Positions 34,312-41,352 of a stretch of 43,322 bases of DNA are shown here, in pieces. The position numbers and the translations under genes are program-made. Numbering within the stretch: the first letter of the stretch is position 1; the number at the start of each line of letters is the position of its first letter. The notes below the pieces were generated by a model that was not told the origin of the DNA, ran no database searches, and saw nothing but the letters and a program-made list of their open reading frames with translations. Source of the DNA: a virus; IMG/VR virus record IMGVR_UViG_3300045988_014780, positions 1-43,322 of that record. One strand, given 5' to 3'.

Positions 34312-34689
34312 TTATACATAGTACGGATTTGGCTTCATTAAAATTGCAATCAAATCAATAATGCACCCGATCAATAATAAGCCACCAGTAAAGATATAAA
34401 TGACGCCCATTAATATTTTCCCTTCATAGAATTTATGAGCGCCAAAAACTCCAAGGAAAAGGCAGAGGACGAAAGCTACCCATTTGTTTTTTTCTTTCCC
34501 TCGGTTCTCCATTTTGACATCAACAGTATTTGTGTTGGTATTTGTATTATTTATCACAACGGGCTGCTGATTTGCCTTTAAATCTTCAACTTGCTTCCCG
34601 CAAATCGGGCATACGATGCAATCTTTATCTATCTGTTGGCCGCAATGCTTACAAAACTTTTTCCCAGGTTGTAAAATCTCATTTTCCAT
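34312..34689 (-). CDS. Zinc-ribbon + TM2-domain membrane protein
   Basis: ATG 34689 lies after GGAGGGG. CKHCG...CPICG ribbon, TN-repeat linker, then TM2-like WVAFVLCLFLGVFGAHKFYEGK...GGLLLIGCIIDLIAIL. Confidence 0.75.
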   Translation of the reverse strand: MENEILQPGKKFCKHCGQQIDKDCIVCPICGKQVEDLKANQQPVVINNTNTNTNTVDVKMENRGKEKNKWVAFVLCLFLGVFGAHKFYEGKILMGVIYIFTGGLLLIGCIIDLIAILMKPNPYYV

Positions 34690-34709
34690 TTTATCCCCTC
34701 CGTATTCAA

Positions 34710-35042
34710 CTATTTTCCAATCCATTCAGGGTCAACAACACCCAACACTTTTCCTAGACCCTGAACGTTATCACTCATTGGAACTGGTTCAATAGACGGG
34801 TTTAGTGAAATCAGGCAGTCTTTTCCGCGCTTTTTCACATGCGGTTTCCCATCAATTAGGAAAAGTCCGATTTCTCCTTCAAACACATCTGGCTGTTTCT
34901 GTATCATCAGACGGTCCCCATCTTTATAAGGGGGAACCAAATCAGGCCCGATATGGACTAAAAAATCTACTCTTGCTGTTTCTTTGCACATCTTTATTTT
35001 GGTTGGGCGGGACGGTGATGCAAAATATTCTTCTCTTGTCAT
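34710..35042 (-). CDS. Stand-alone LexA/CI-type S24 peptidase-like domain, nucleophile Ser replaced (no HTH)
   Basis: 110 aa. GPDLVPPYKDGD aligns position for position with the canonical GDSMEPTIKDGD (Ser to Asp). The HVKKR segment keeps the Lys. Confidence 0.6.
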   Translation of the reverse strand: MTREEYFASPSRPTKIKMCKETARVDFLVHIGPDLVPPYKDGDRLMIQKQPDVFEGEIGLFLIDGKPHVKKRGKDCLISLNPSIEPVPMSDNVQGLGKVLGVVDPEWIGK

Positions 35043-35125
35043 TTAAATATCCCTCTTTCAGTATTAGACCACAAGATGTAGGTCAACACCAAAATATGGA
35101 AAAATATATTGGCGTTTTTCTCTAA

Positions 35126-35154
35126 TTGATTCTAAGAATAAGAGATGCTATACT
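35126..35154 (+). promoter_or_regulatory. Sigma-70-like promoter for the ImmA-like gene
   Basis: TTGATT - 17 nt - TATACT. The -10 overlaps a TATACTAA half-site that resembles the operator motif at 36.2 kb. Confidence 0.45.
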
Positions 35155-35196
35155 AACAGTCACTAAAACAAATGTTCGATATTGGGAGAATACAAA

Positions 35197-35814
35197 ATGA
35201 CTGCATGGGATGTCTTACTCAAATGTGGAATTTGTGAATTGCCAGTTGATTTGAGAAAGGTTTGCAAAGGACTTGGAATTGGCCTTTTTTCATACAGTCA
35301 GGGGTATTCTATTATCCAAAAACTTGGGTTAGTTCATCATACCATTGGAGCCGATGGCTTTTTGTTCCAAACAGATGGCGTATCAATTGCCTTTTATAAC
35401 CAACAACAACCGTTAACACGACGGAATTTCACGATTGCACATGAAATCGGGCACTTTGCTCTGGGCCATGCGTGCATAGAAGGCGCAGTCAGGCGCGAAC
35501 CGGGAAACAAAAACGATCCCGAAGAAAAGGAGGCAAATCTTTTCAGTTCTATGTTATTGGCGCCTACTTGCGTCTTGCGCGGGATGAAGGTTGATAGCGC
35601 CTATTCTATTGAGAATTTATGTGCAATCAGTTATCAGGCAGCAAATATTAGTTGGGATAAGCTACAACGGCTTTGCGCCCTAGATGATACATACATGGCC
35701 GAACGTGGATATTCTTACTTTTTTAGATCGTCAACCGAGTGGAAAGTCTACAAGCAGTTTGAGCCATTTATTAGAAATCATCTAGCGAACCATCAAATAT
35801 CTCTTCGTCGTTGA
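35197..35814 (+). CDS. ImmA/IrrE-family metallopeptidase (anti-repressor protease)
   Basis: About 205 aa. HEIGH zinc motif within RRNFTIAHEIGHFALGH, plus EKEANLFSSMLLAP, typical of the ImmA/IrrE family. Confidence 0.85.
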   Translation: MTAWDVLLKCGICELPVDLRKVCKGLGIGLFSYSQGYSIIQKLGLVHHTIGADGFLFQTDGVSIAFYNQQQPLTRRNFTIAHEIGHFALGHACIEGAVRREPGNKNDPEEKEANLFSSMLLAPTCVLRGMKVDSAYSIENLCAISYQAANISWDKLQRLCALDDTYMAERGYSYFFRSSTEWKVYKQFEPFIRNHLANHQISLRR

Positions 35815-36169
35815 CAAATGGCATAACATCAATGACTTTTCTGAGTGCGTCCATTTGATCTTTTGTATAAGTCCGTTTAACTTTCTTTCCATCTCGCCCA
35901 ATAATAATGGCTTCTTCGAGCTCGTCTCCAGATGTGGAGGCGGGCTTTTCTTTTTGCGCACTTTCTGACTGCCCAACTAATTCTTCAAAACTCATTTTTA
36001 GGGCAGAAGCAGCCGCCATGAGTTTTCGCTTGCTTGGCTGAAAGGTACCCGTATTCCACTGCGAATATGTCGCAGAAGATATTCCGGACTTTTCATAAAA
36101 CTCTTTTTTAGAGATCCCGAGTTCTATTCTTCGCATTTCTATTTTCTTTAGAATTTTAGAAACGTCCAT
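35771..36169 (-). CDS. XRE-family HTH lysogeny repressor (ImmR/CI-like, no S24 domain)
   Basis: 132 aa. RRIELGISKKEFYEKSGISSATYSQWNTG HTH. Divergent from the cro-like gene, and its 3' end overlaps the ImmA-like gene by 44 nt. Confidence 0.8.
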   Translation of the reverse strand: MDVSKILKKIEMRRIELGISKKEFYEKSGISSATYSQWNTGTFQPSKRKLMAAASALKMSFEELVGQSESAQKEKPASTSGDELEEAIIIGRDGKKVKRTYTKDQMDALRKVIDVMPFVNDEEIFDGSLDDF

Positions 36170-36198
36170 AAAGCACCTCTAATTTTGTGCAAAACATA

Positions 36199-36378
36199 AA
36201 AAACGAGAAAAAACTAAGTATAAGCTTGACTTTGCATTAAAACGAGTATATACTAAGTTTAGCTTCAAAGGGCAATAAAAAACCAAGCCCACAATTTAGC
36301 GGACCTTCTAATTTATTATATTAGCTGGTACTTCTATATTAAGTTAAGTCTGCTAAATTGTCAAGTAAAACTTAGTAT
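36199..36378. promoter_or_regulatory. Genetic switch region: three ATACTAAGTTT-type operator repeats
   Basis: AAAACGAG-n-ACTAAGTATAAGCTT (36199-36227), AAAACGAG-n-ACTAAGTTTAGCTT (36239-36265) and inverted AAACTTAGTAT (36368-36378), all between the divergent repressor and cro-like genes. Confidence 0.5.
36226..36254 (+). promoter_or_regulatory. Early rightward promoter (PR-like)
   Basis: TTGACT - 17 nt - TATACT. The -10 is embedded in operator repeat 2. Confidence 0.5.
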
Positions 36379-36394
36379 TTGGGGGGTGAAATTA

Positions 36395-36589
36395 GTGGGT
36401 TTTAGAAGCGCCAGAATTCAAGCAGGTTTATCTGTGGCACAAGTGATGAAAATTTTGTCTGTTTCGGATGCAGCCGTATACCAGTGGGAAACGGGGGAAA
36501 CAACTCCAAACGCAAAAAGGCTTCCGGAAATTGCAAAACTCTACGGTGTAACTGTAGACGAGCTTCTTTCAGATCAGGGAGAAGGGTGA
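36395..36589 (+). CDS. Cro-like XRE HTH protein
   Basis: GTG 36395 lies after GGGGGG (listed start 36386). ARIQAGLSVAQVMKILSVSDAAVYQWETGETTPNAKRLPEIAKLYGVTVDELL is an HTH_3 domain. Confidence 0.75.
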   Translation: MGFRSARIQAGLSVAQVMKILSVSDAAVYQWETGETTPNAKRLPEIAKLYGVTVDELLSDQGEG

Positions 36590-36604
36590 GGGGAGGTGAG
36601 AGGA

Positions 36605-36829
36605 ATGGACGCTACAAAGTACCTGAAAGAAAAAGAAAGACTGTCCCAGGCGCTAAACGGACAGGAAAACCTTGACGGCGCGGTAACTGCCATTACCGAC
36701 GCGCTGAAAAAGTACAACCTGAACATGATGCCTGGAACAGCCTTTGATGTGATGTGCTTTACCTTAGAGACGATTCATTTGGGCAAATACGACGCCCCAG
36801 TGCGGCCGCCCTTTTGCGGCTTGGGCTAA
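36605..36829 (+). CDS. Hypothetical protein
   Basis: ATG 36605 lies after GGGGAGGTGAGAGGA; 74 aa. Confidence 0.5.
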   Translation: MDATKYLKEKERLSQALNGQENLDGAVTAITDALKKYNLNMMPGTAFDVMCFTLETIHLGKYDAPVRPPFCGLG

Positions 36830-37071
36830 TCAGCCAGATCAGCAATAGATAACGATATTGCTCGCATTTCTGGCTCGTTTATCCCTCTAGCGTTTTTTAG
36901 GACTTCGGTATTCCAGTCTCCAAAGTCACACATGATTTTCTCAAGTTTTGTGTATGCCTCTTGGGTCATAGCAGTTTTACATTTTGGACAAGTGTATGAG
37001 TGCTTTCCGTCTTGAAACTCAACCCTAGAAACGCAGCCACATTTACACGAGATAGTCGCTTGAACAAACAT
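36826..37071 (-). CDS. Reverse-oriented zinc-ribbon protein (81 aa)
   Basis: ATG 37071 lies after GAAAGGGGGTG. CKCGC...CPKC present. It is the only - strand gene inside the + strand early operon, and it is AT-richer. Confidence 0.55.
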   Translation of the reverse strand: MFVQATISCKCGCVSRVEFQDGKHSYTCPKCKTAMTQEAYTKLEKIMCDFGDWNTEVLKNARGINEPEMRAISLSIADLAD

Positions 37072-37242
37072 ATTTTCACCCCCTTTCTCTCCCCATCCTA
37101 TCACATTCAGGGAGAAAGGACAATAAAGATGCCCCCGCCAGTGGCGGAAACACTGACGAGGGCTGCGGAGACCTATTGAACCAGCCAACAGGCCCGCGAG
37201 GTTATTATACACGCCTCCGGGTCAAATGACAAGGAGGTTTTT

Positions 37243-37506
37243 ATGAACGAAAAAGACAGCATTCAAGCCCTTGAAAGGCAGGCAAGGAACACCAATCGTC
37301 TTATGGACAATCTCTGTCTCGCCTGGAAGGGCCGCACATGGGAGGAGGCCCACATGAAATACTCATTTGAAGATTATCGCAAGGCATTGGAAGGTGCTGG
37401 CCCCAAGTTGAAGGAGCTGATTCTGGACCGGGCGGCACATGATCCTGGCATCGGTTTGATGGAACTGAAAGAGCTGGTGTCCTGTGCATACCCGGAAGAT
37501 GTGTAA
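37243..37506 (+). CDS. Hypothetical protein
   Basis: 87 aa. RBS AAGGAGG precedes ATG 37243. Confidence 0.55.
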   Translation: MNEKDSIQALERQARNTNRLMDNLCLAWKGRTWEEAHMKYSFEDYRKALEGAGPKLKELILDRAAHDPGIGLMELKELVSCAYPEDV

Positions 37507-37542
37507 AAAATCCCGCCTGACCGTTACCAGCAGTCAGACGGG
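37504..37542 (-). terminator. Hairpin with its T-tract on the - strand only
   Basis: The - strand reads CCCGTCTGAC-loop-GTCAGGCGGG followed by ATTTTTTAC. On the + strand no T-run follows the hairpin. Confidence 0.4.
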
Positions 37543-37619
37543 CAAGGATTGAGCAACCACGAACAATCCCTTTGGATACAGTATATCGCCTCCAGAGGGG
37601 AGAAATCAAGGAGGAAATC

Positions 37620-37871
37620 ATGGCGCGAACAAAACTAAGCAGGTTTTCTGTTCCCCCATGTGAACAGAGAGCGAGGATTCTTCGCTCTGCTGGAGGACGT
37701 ATGGGGTATACCGATCGGGACCTGGGAGAATTGGCTGGAATGACCCAATCTAATATCTCCATGAAACTAAGCGGAAAGCGCAAATGGTGGCTGGATGATA
37801 TTAGCGCCTTAGATAAGGTTTTGTCACTGACTGATGACGAAATAATCCGATTTGTGCGCGCAGGGAGGTAA
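37620..37871 (+). CDS. Small HTH-like protein (tentative)
   Basis: RBS AAGGAGG precedes ATG 37620. GYTDRDLGELAGMTQSNISMKLSGKR looks like an HTH. Confidence 0.45.
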   Translation: MARTKLSRFSVPPCEQRARILRSAGGRMGYTDRDLGELAGMTQSNISMKLSGKRKWWLDDISALDKVLSLTDDEIIRFVRAGR

Positions 37872-37873
37872 AA

Positions 37874-37963
37874 ATGAGTACATACATTTTTGCTCTAATC
37901 GGCATTTTTACGGCTACGTCATGGTTCATGCGCTTCCTTTCCTGGATGGAGGGAGAGCGGTGA
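37874..37963 (+). CDS. Mini membrane peptide (29 aa)
   Basis: My own translation: MSTYIFALIGIFTATSWFMRFLSWMEGER. RBS GGGAGG lies 5 nt upstream, and there is a GTGA overlap with the next ORF. Confidence 0.35.
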   Translation: MSTYIFALIGIFTATSWFMRFLSWMEGER

Positions 37964-38134
37964 AAGTCGGAGACAAGCTGTGCCTGGAACCCACCATCCC
38001 CCACCAGCGCCTTTGTGACCGCAAGGACAGGCCCGCATCCCTGCCGGGTGGTCTCCATCAACGAACGGCACCATCATTTCACCGTGGAGTTCGATTTCCC
38101 AAGGAGGAATAACGCATGGACAAACAAGAGTTGA
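37960..38134 (+). pseudogene. Small gene apparently split by a +1 frame change at a C5 run (37998-38002)
   Basis: Frame 1 gives VKVGDKLCLEPTIP... and frame 2 gives ...[43 protein letters not shown]. Each half looks protein-like only in its own frame. Confidence 0.3.
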
Positions 38135-38826
38135 AAAATATTTTGGACAAGCACCTTAAATGGCTACGAGGCGAAAATGGCGGAAAACGGGCCGACCTGT
38201 CCAGGGCCAACCTGTCCGAGGCCGACCTGTCCAGGGCCGACCTGTCCAGGGCCAACCTGTTCGGGGCCAACCTGTTCGGGGCCAACCTGTCCGAGGCCGA
38301 CCTGTCCGAGGCCAACCTGTTCGGGGCCAACCTGTTCGGGGCCAACCTGTCCGAGGCCGACCTGTCCAGGGCCAACCTGTCCAGGGCCAACCTGTCCGAG
38401 GCCGACCTGTCCAGGGCCAACCTGTTCGGGGCCAACCTGTCCGAGGCCAACTACATTGAAAAGGCAAAAAATTTATTTTATCCCATTGCCTGCCCGGAAA
38501 TCGGCGCTTTTGTCGGCTGGAAAAAGGCAAGGGTCAAAACCGGCGGTCATGAGTGCATTGTAAAGCTGGGAATTACCGAAGATGCCGTGCGCAGTTCCGC
38601 AGCAGGCCGGAAGTGCCGCTGCTCAAAGGCAACCGTTTTGGAGATTCAGGATTTAGAGGGGAATGTATTGGAGCAGGTCGCCGTCAGTGATAGAGATGAG
38701 AACTTCCATTACATTCCCGGAACTGTGGTCTCCGTTTCGGATTTCGACGAAAACCGCTGGAACGAGTGCAGCACGGGCATCCATTTCTATATCACCCGTG
38801 AGGAAGCGGTGAGGCATATCTTATGA
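38116..38826 (+). CDS. Pentapeptide-repeat protein with a ~125-aa C-terminal globular domain
   Basis: 236 aa with 17 consecutive A(D/N)L(S/F)x units ([15 protein letters not shown]...). RBS AAGGAGGAA precedes ATG 38116. Confidence 0.9.
   Translation: MDKQELKNILDKHLKWLRGENGGKRADLSRANLSEADLSRADLSRANLFGANLFGANLSEADLSEANLFGANLFGANLSEADLSRANLSRANLSEADLSRANLFGANLSEANYIEKAKNLFYPIACPEIGAFVGWKKARVKTGGHECIVKLGITEDAVRSSAAGRKCRCSKATVLEIQDLEGNVLEQVAVSDRDENFHYIPGTVVSVSDFDENRWNECSTGIHFYITREEAVRHIL
38191..38445 (+). repeat. Coding tandem array: 17 x 15-bp units drawn from five near-identical variants, with a 60-bp higher-order repeat
   Basis: Units gccgacctgtccagg, gccaacctgtccgag, gccaacctgttcggg, gccgacctgtccgag and gccaacctgtccagg. 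38251-38310 and 38311-38370 differ only at 2 positions within the last 4 nt (cgag vs cagg). Confidence 0.95.
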
Positions 38827-39413
38827 AAAAGCTGACCCGCGAAGAGCGGCGGCGCCGGAGCCAGAGGCGGTTGCAGCTGATTACATATCTCCTGTTTCTG
38901 ATCTTGCTGCTGGCGTGGCTGGGAAGCTACCTGATTATGACGGTGGAGGCGGAACTGCCCGCTATGCACAAGCCGGAGCCCGCCACGCGGGACGGCAGCC
39001 TACCCGGCGACGATACCCCGGCCACCACTTGCTGTTATCTGACAGCAGAAAAGATCGAGGAAAACGAGAATGAGCTTATAGAAGCTGCTTTGCTGGCCCG
39101 GTCTCACAGACTGGAAGATGTGACCATCACCTTTTATTGCTGTGAAGGGCGGCCTCATATCTGCGGAACTGGGACAGGCATCACAGCGAGCGGAAGGCGT
39201 GTAACGCCCTATGTGAGCTGCGCCGTGGACCCTGATATCATCCCTCTGGGCAGCACCATCATGATCGAGTACAACGGCGAGATGGTTTATCTGAGAGCCG
39301 ATGATACCGGCCCGGCAGTCAGAGGGGACCATATTGACATTGCCGTCAAGGGGCACTCAGAAGCTTTATCCCTGGGCGTCCAGACGGCAGACATTTGGTG
39401 GTGCGAAGAATGA
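38823..39413 (+). CDS. Membrane-anchored 3D-domain (MltA/RlpA-like DPBB) cell-wall hydrolase
   Basis: 196 aa. N-terminal [52 protein letters not shown]...[20 protein letters not shown] matches the 3D domain. Confidence 0.8.
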   Translation: MKKLTREERRRRSQRRLQLITYLLFLILLLAWLGSYLIMTVEAELPAMHKPEPATRDGSLPGDDTPATTCCYLTAEKIEENENELIEAALLARSHRLEDVTITFYCCEGRPHICGTGTGITASGRRVTPYVSCAVDPDIIPLGSTIMIEYNGEMVYLRADDTGPAVRGDHIDIAVKGHSEALSLGVQTADIWWCEE

Positions 39414-39604
39414 ACGCACATGCGAAACGCCCAAGAGGCGAGTTAGGTCCCTGCCCAAGATGCGGCCTGTATTCCGGCCAGCGATTGGCAATCGAGGGCA
39501 ACCCGGATATGTTCCTGGTGGCCTGCGACGCCTGCGGATGGCGAACTCGGAAATTTACTGATATAAATCACGCGGTGAGAGCTTGGAATGAAGGGAGAAC
39601 ATGA
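39410..39604 (+). CDS. Lar-family restriction-alleviation-like protein (copy 2)
   Basis: ATGA overlap at 39410. GPCPRCG...VACDACGW...INHAVRAWNEG fits the Lar pattern CPxCG...CxxCG...A..AWN. Confidence 0.6.
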   Translation: MNAHAKRPRGELGPCPRCGLYSGQRLAIEGNPDMFLVACDACGWRTRKFTDINHAVRAWNEGRT

Positions 39605-39605
39605 C

Positions 39606-40091
39606 ATGACACTTTACGAGATCGATAAGGCCATTACTGATCTGGCAGACCCGGAGACTGGAGAGATCACCGACTTTGAGGCGCTGGACAATCTCCAAAT
39701 GGCGCGGGACCAGAAGATCGAGAACATCGCCTGTTACTACAAGAACTTGGTTTCCGATGCGGAAGCCATCAAGGCGGAGAAGGAGGCCCTGGCGGAGCGG
39801 CAGAAAGTGGCAGAGAACAAGGCGGCGCGGCTCAAGGAGTATCTCTCTTACGCGCTACACGGGGAGAAGTTCTCCACGCCGAAATGCGCGGTGACGTTCC
39901 GAAAGACCACTTCCGTAAATGTGGACAACCCTTCCGCCGCCATCGAGTGGGCGGAGCTGAACGGGCATAAGGAGTGCATCCGGTACAAAGCCCCGGAAAT
40001 CAGCAAGAGCGAGCTGGGCAAGGTCCTAAAGGCTGGGCAGGAAGTGCCTGGGGCTGTCTTGGTTGAAGGGATTTCTGTGGGGGTGAAGTGA
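39606..40091 (+). CDS. Siphovirus Gp157-family protein
   Basis: 161 aa. MTLYEIDKAITDL...ALDNLQMARDQKIENIACYYKNL..AEAIKAEKEAL..R is the typical Gp157 N-terminus. Precedes the annealase gene. Confidence 0.7.
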   Translation: MTLYEIDKAITDLADPETGEITDFEALDNLQMARDQKIENIACYYKNLVSDAEAIKAEKEALAERQKVAENKAARLKEYLSYALHGEKFSTPKCAVTFRKTTSVNVDNPSAAIEWAELNGHKECIRYKAPEISKSELGKVLKAGQEVPGAVLVEGISVGVK

Positions 40092-40696
40092 TGAACCTTG
40101 ACATTTACAACAATGTCCGGGCCGTCCCCGCAGAGGCCAAGAAGGAGATCAGAGGTGGGCGGCTGAACGGAAAGACCGATATCAACCCTATGTGGCGCAT
40201 CAAGAAGCTGACGGAACAATTCGGCCCATGCGGCATTGGCTGGAAATACACCATTGACCGGGAGTGGCTGGAGACCGGGGCCAACGGGGAAATCTCCGCA
40301 TTCATGGACATCTCACTGTACTACAAATACAACGGCGAGTGGTCCGAGGCAGTTCCCGGTACCGGCGGCAGCGCCTTTATCACAAAAGAGAAGATCGGTC
40401 TGTACACCTCTGACGAGTGCTACAAGATGGCCTTGACGGATGCCCTCTCCGTGGCTTGCAAGGCCCTTGGGATCGCCGCTGACGTGTACTGGGACAAGGA
40501 CAAGACGAAGTATGACAAGACCGATATTGCGGCGAAAGTCGATGTCACCACATGCGAGAAATGCGGGAAGGTCTTGGAAGCGTACAAGGACTCCAAAGGC
40601 GTCACGGTGTCGATCATGAAGCACGTGAACGCCAGCATGGAGAAGTTCGGGCACGTCTACTGCCTGGACTGTATTAAGGAGATGAACCATGATTGA
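40091..40696 (+). CDS. Rad52/Sak-like single-strand annealing protein with C-terminal zinc ribbon
   Basis: 201 aa. DINPMWRIKKLTEQFGPCGIGW...WSEAVPGTGGS...CYKMALTDALSVACKALGIAADVY fits the Rad52/22 pattern. CEKCG...CLDC at the end. Confidence 0.55.
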   Translation: MNLDIYNNVRAVPAEAKKEIRGGRLNGKTDINPMWRIKKLTEQFGPCGIGWKYTIDREWLETGANGEISAFMDISLYYKYNGEWSEAVPGTGGSAFITKEKIGLYTSDECYKMALTDALSVACKALGIAADVYWDKDKTKYDKTDIAAKVDVTTCEKCGKVLEAYKDSKGVTVSIMKHVNASMEKFGHVYCLDCIKEMNHD

Positions 40697-41027
40697 TTTG
40701 ATCTCCGAGATCGGTCAGAAAAGCAAGCTGTTGGACGCCGCCGTGCAGGAGCTTGGGAAGCGCGGACGCTCCTATGCCCAGTCTGAACAGGAATACCGGA
40801 TCGCCCTGGCAAAGAGAATTTTGGATGAACGGTCCAAAGGTACGCCGGTAACGATCATCTCCGACATCTGCCGTGGAGATCGGGAGATCGCAAAGCTGCG
40901 GTTTGAACGGGACTGCGCAGAGGTCGTTTATAAATCCGCCCTTGAAGCAATCAATGCCATGAAGCTGCAGCTCCGAATGCTGGATGCACAGGTGGAAAGG
41001 GAGTGGGGACATGCGGGCAGAGACTAA
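40689..41027 (+). CDS. Hypothetical helical protein
   Basis: 112-aa ORF overlapping its neighbours. Confidence 0.55.
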   Translation: MIDLISEIGQKSKLLDAAVQELGKRGRSYAQSEQEYRIALAKRILDERSKGTPVTIISDICRGDREIAKLRFERDCAEVVYKSALEAINAMKLQLRMLDAQVEREWGHAGRD

Positions 41028-41352
41028 GGCAACATCTATTCCTCCGGAAGTCAAGAAAGCCGTGTACATCCGGGACAATGGCTTCTGTGTGCTGTGCGGC
41101 TCTCCATATGGTGATCCGGTGGCCCATGTGGTCCGCCGGAGCCAGGGAGGAAAGGGGATCGAGAGAAATATCGTGACCCTCTGCCCGGCCTGTCACAGAG
41201 CCTATGACGAGGGCACGAACATCCAGAGGCTAGGACGAGGCACCACCAGAGAAAGCCTGTACTGCTATCTGGTGGCGTATCTGAAAGGGTTTTACCCGGA
41301 CTGGAACCGGGAGGATATGATCTATCACAAAGGAGTCGAAAATGCTGAATAA
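41011..41352 (+). CDS. HNH endonuclease
   Basis: ATG 41011. CVLCGSP...AHVVRRSQGG...NIVTLCPACHRAYD gives the HNH zinc-finger arrangement. Confidence 0.7.
   Translation: MRAETKATSIPPEVKKAVYIRDNGFCVLCGSPYGDPVAHVVRRSQGGKGIERNIVTLCPACHRAYDEGTNIQRLGRGTTRESLYCYLVAYLKGFYPDWNREDMIYHKGVENAE

Noticed and set aside
38191-38445. Possible CRISPR array or non-coding satellite
   Set aside because: The units are contiguous 15-mers with no spacers. The period is a multiple of 3, and the array is fully in frame within a coding sequence.
38079-38563. Four long ORFs in other frames and on the other strand across the pentapeptide array (38079-38450 -, 38156-38530 -, 38160-38459 +, 38177-38563 +)
   Set aside because: They exist only because the 15-bp repeat lacks stop codons in every frame. 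Their products are monotonous (RPVQGQPV..., PTCPGPTC...) and have no RBS. The frame starting at 38116 has an RBS, the canonical A(D/N)LxX repeat and a globular C-terminal domain.
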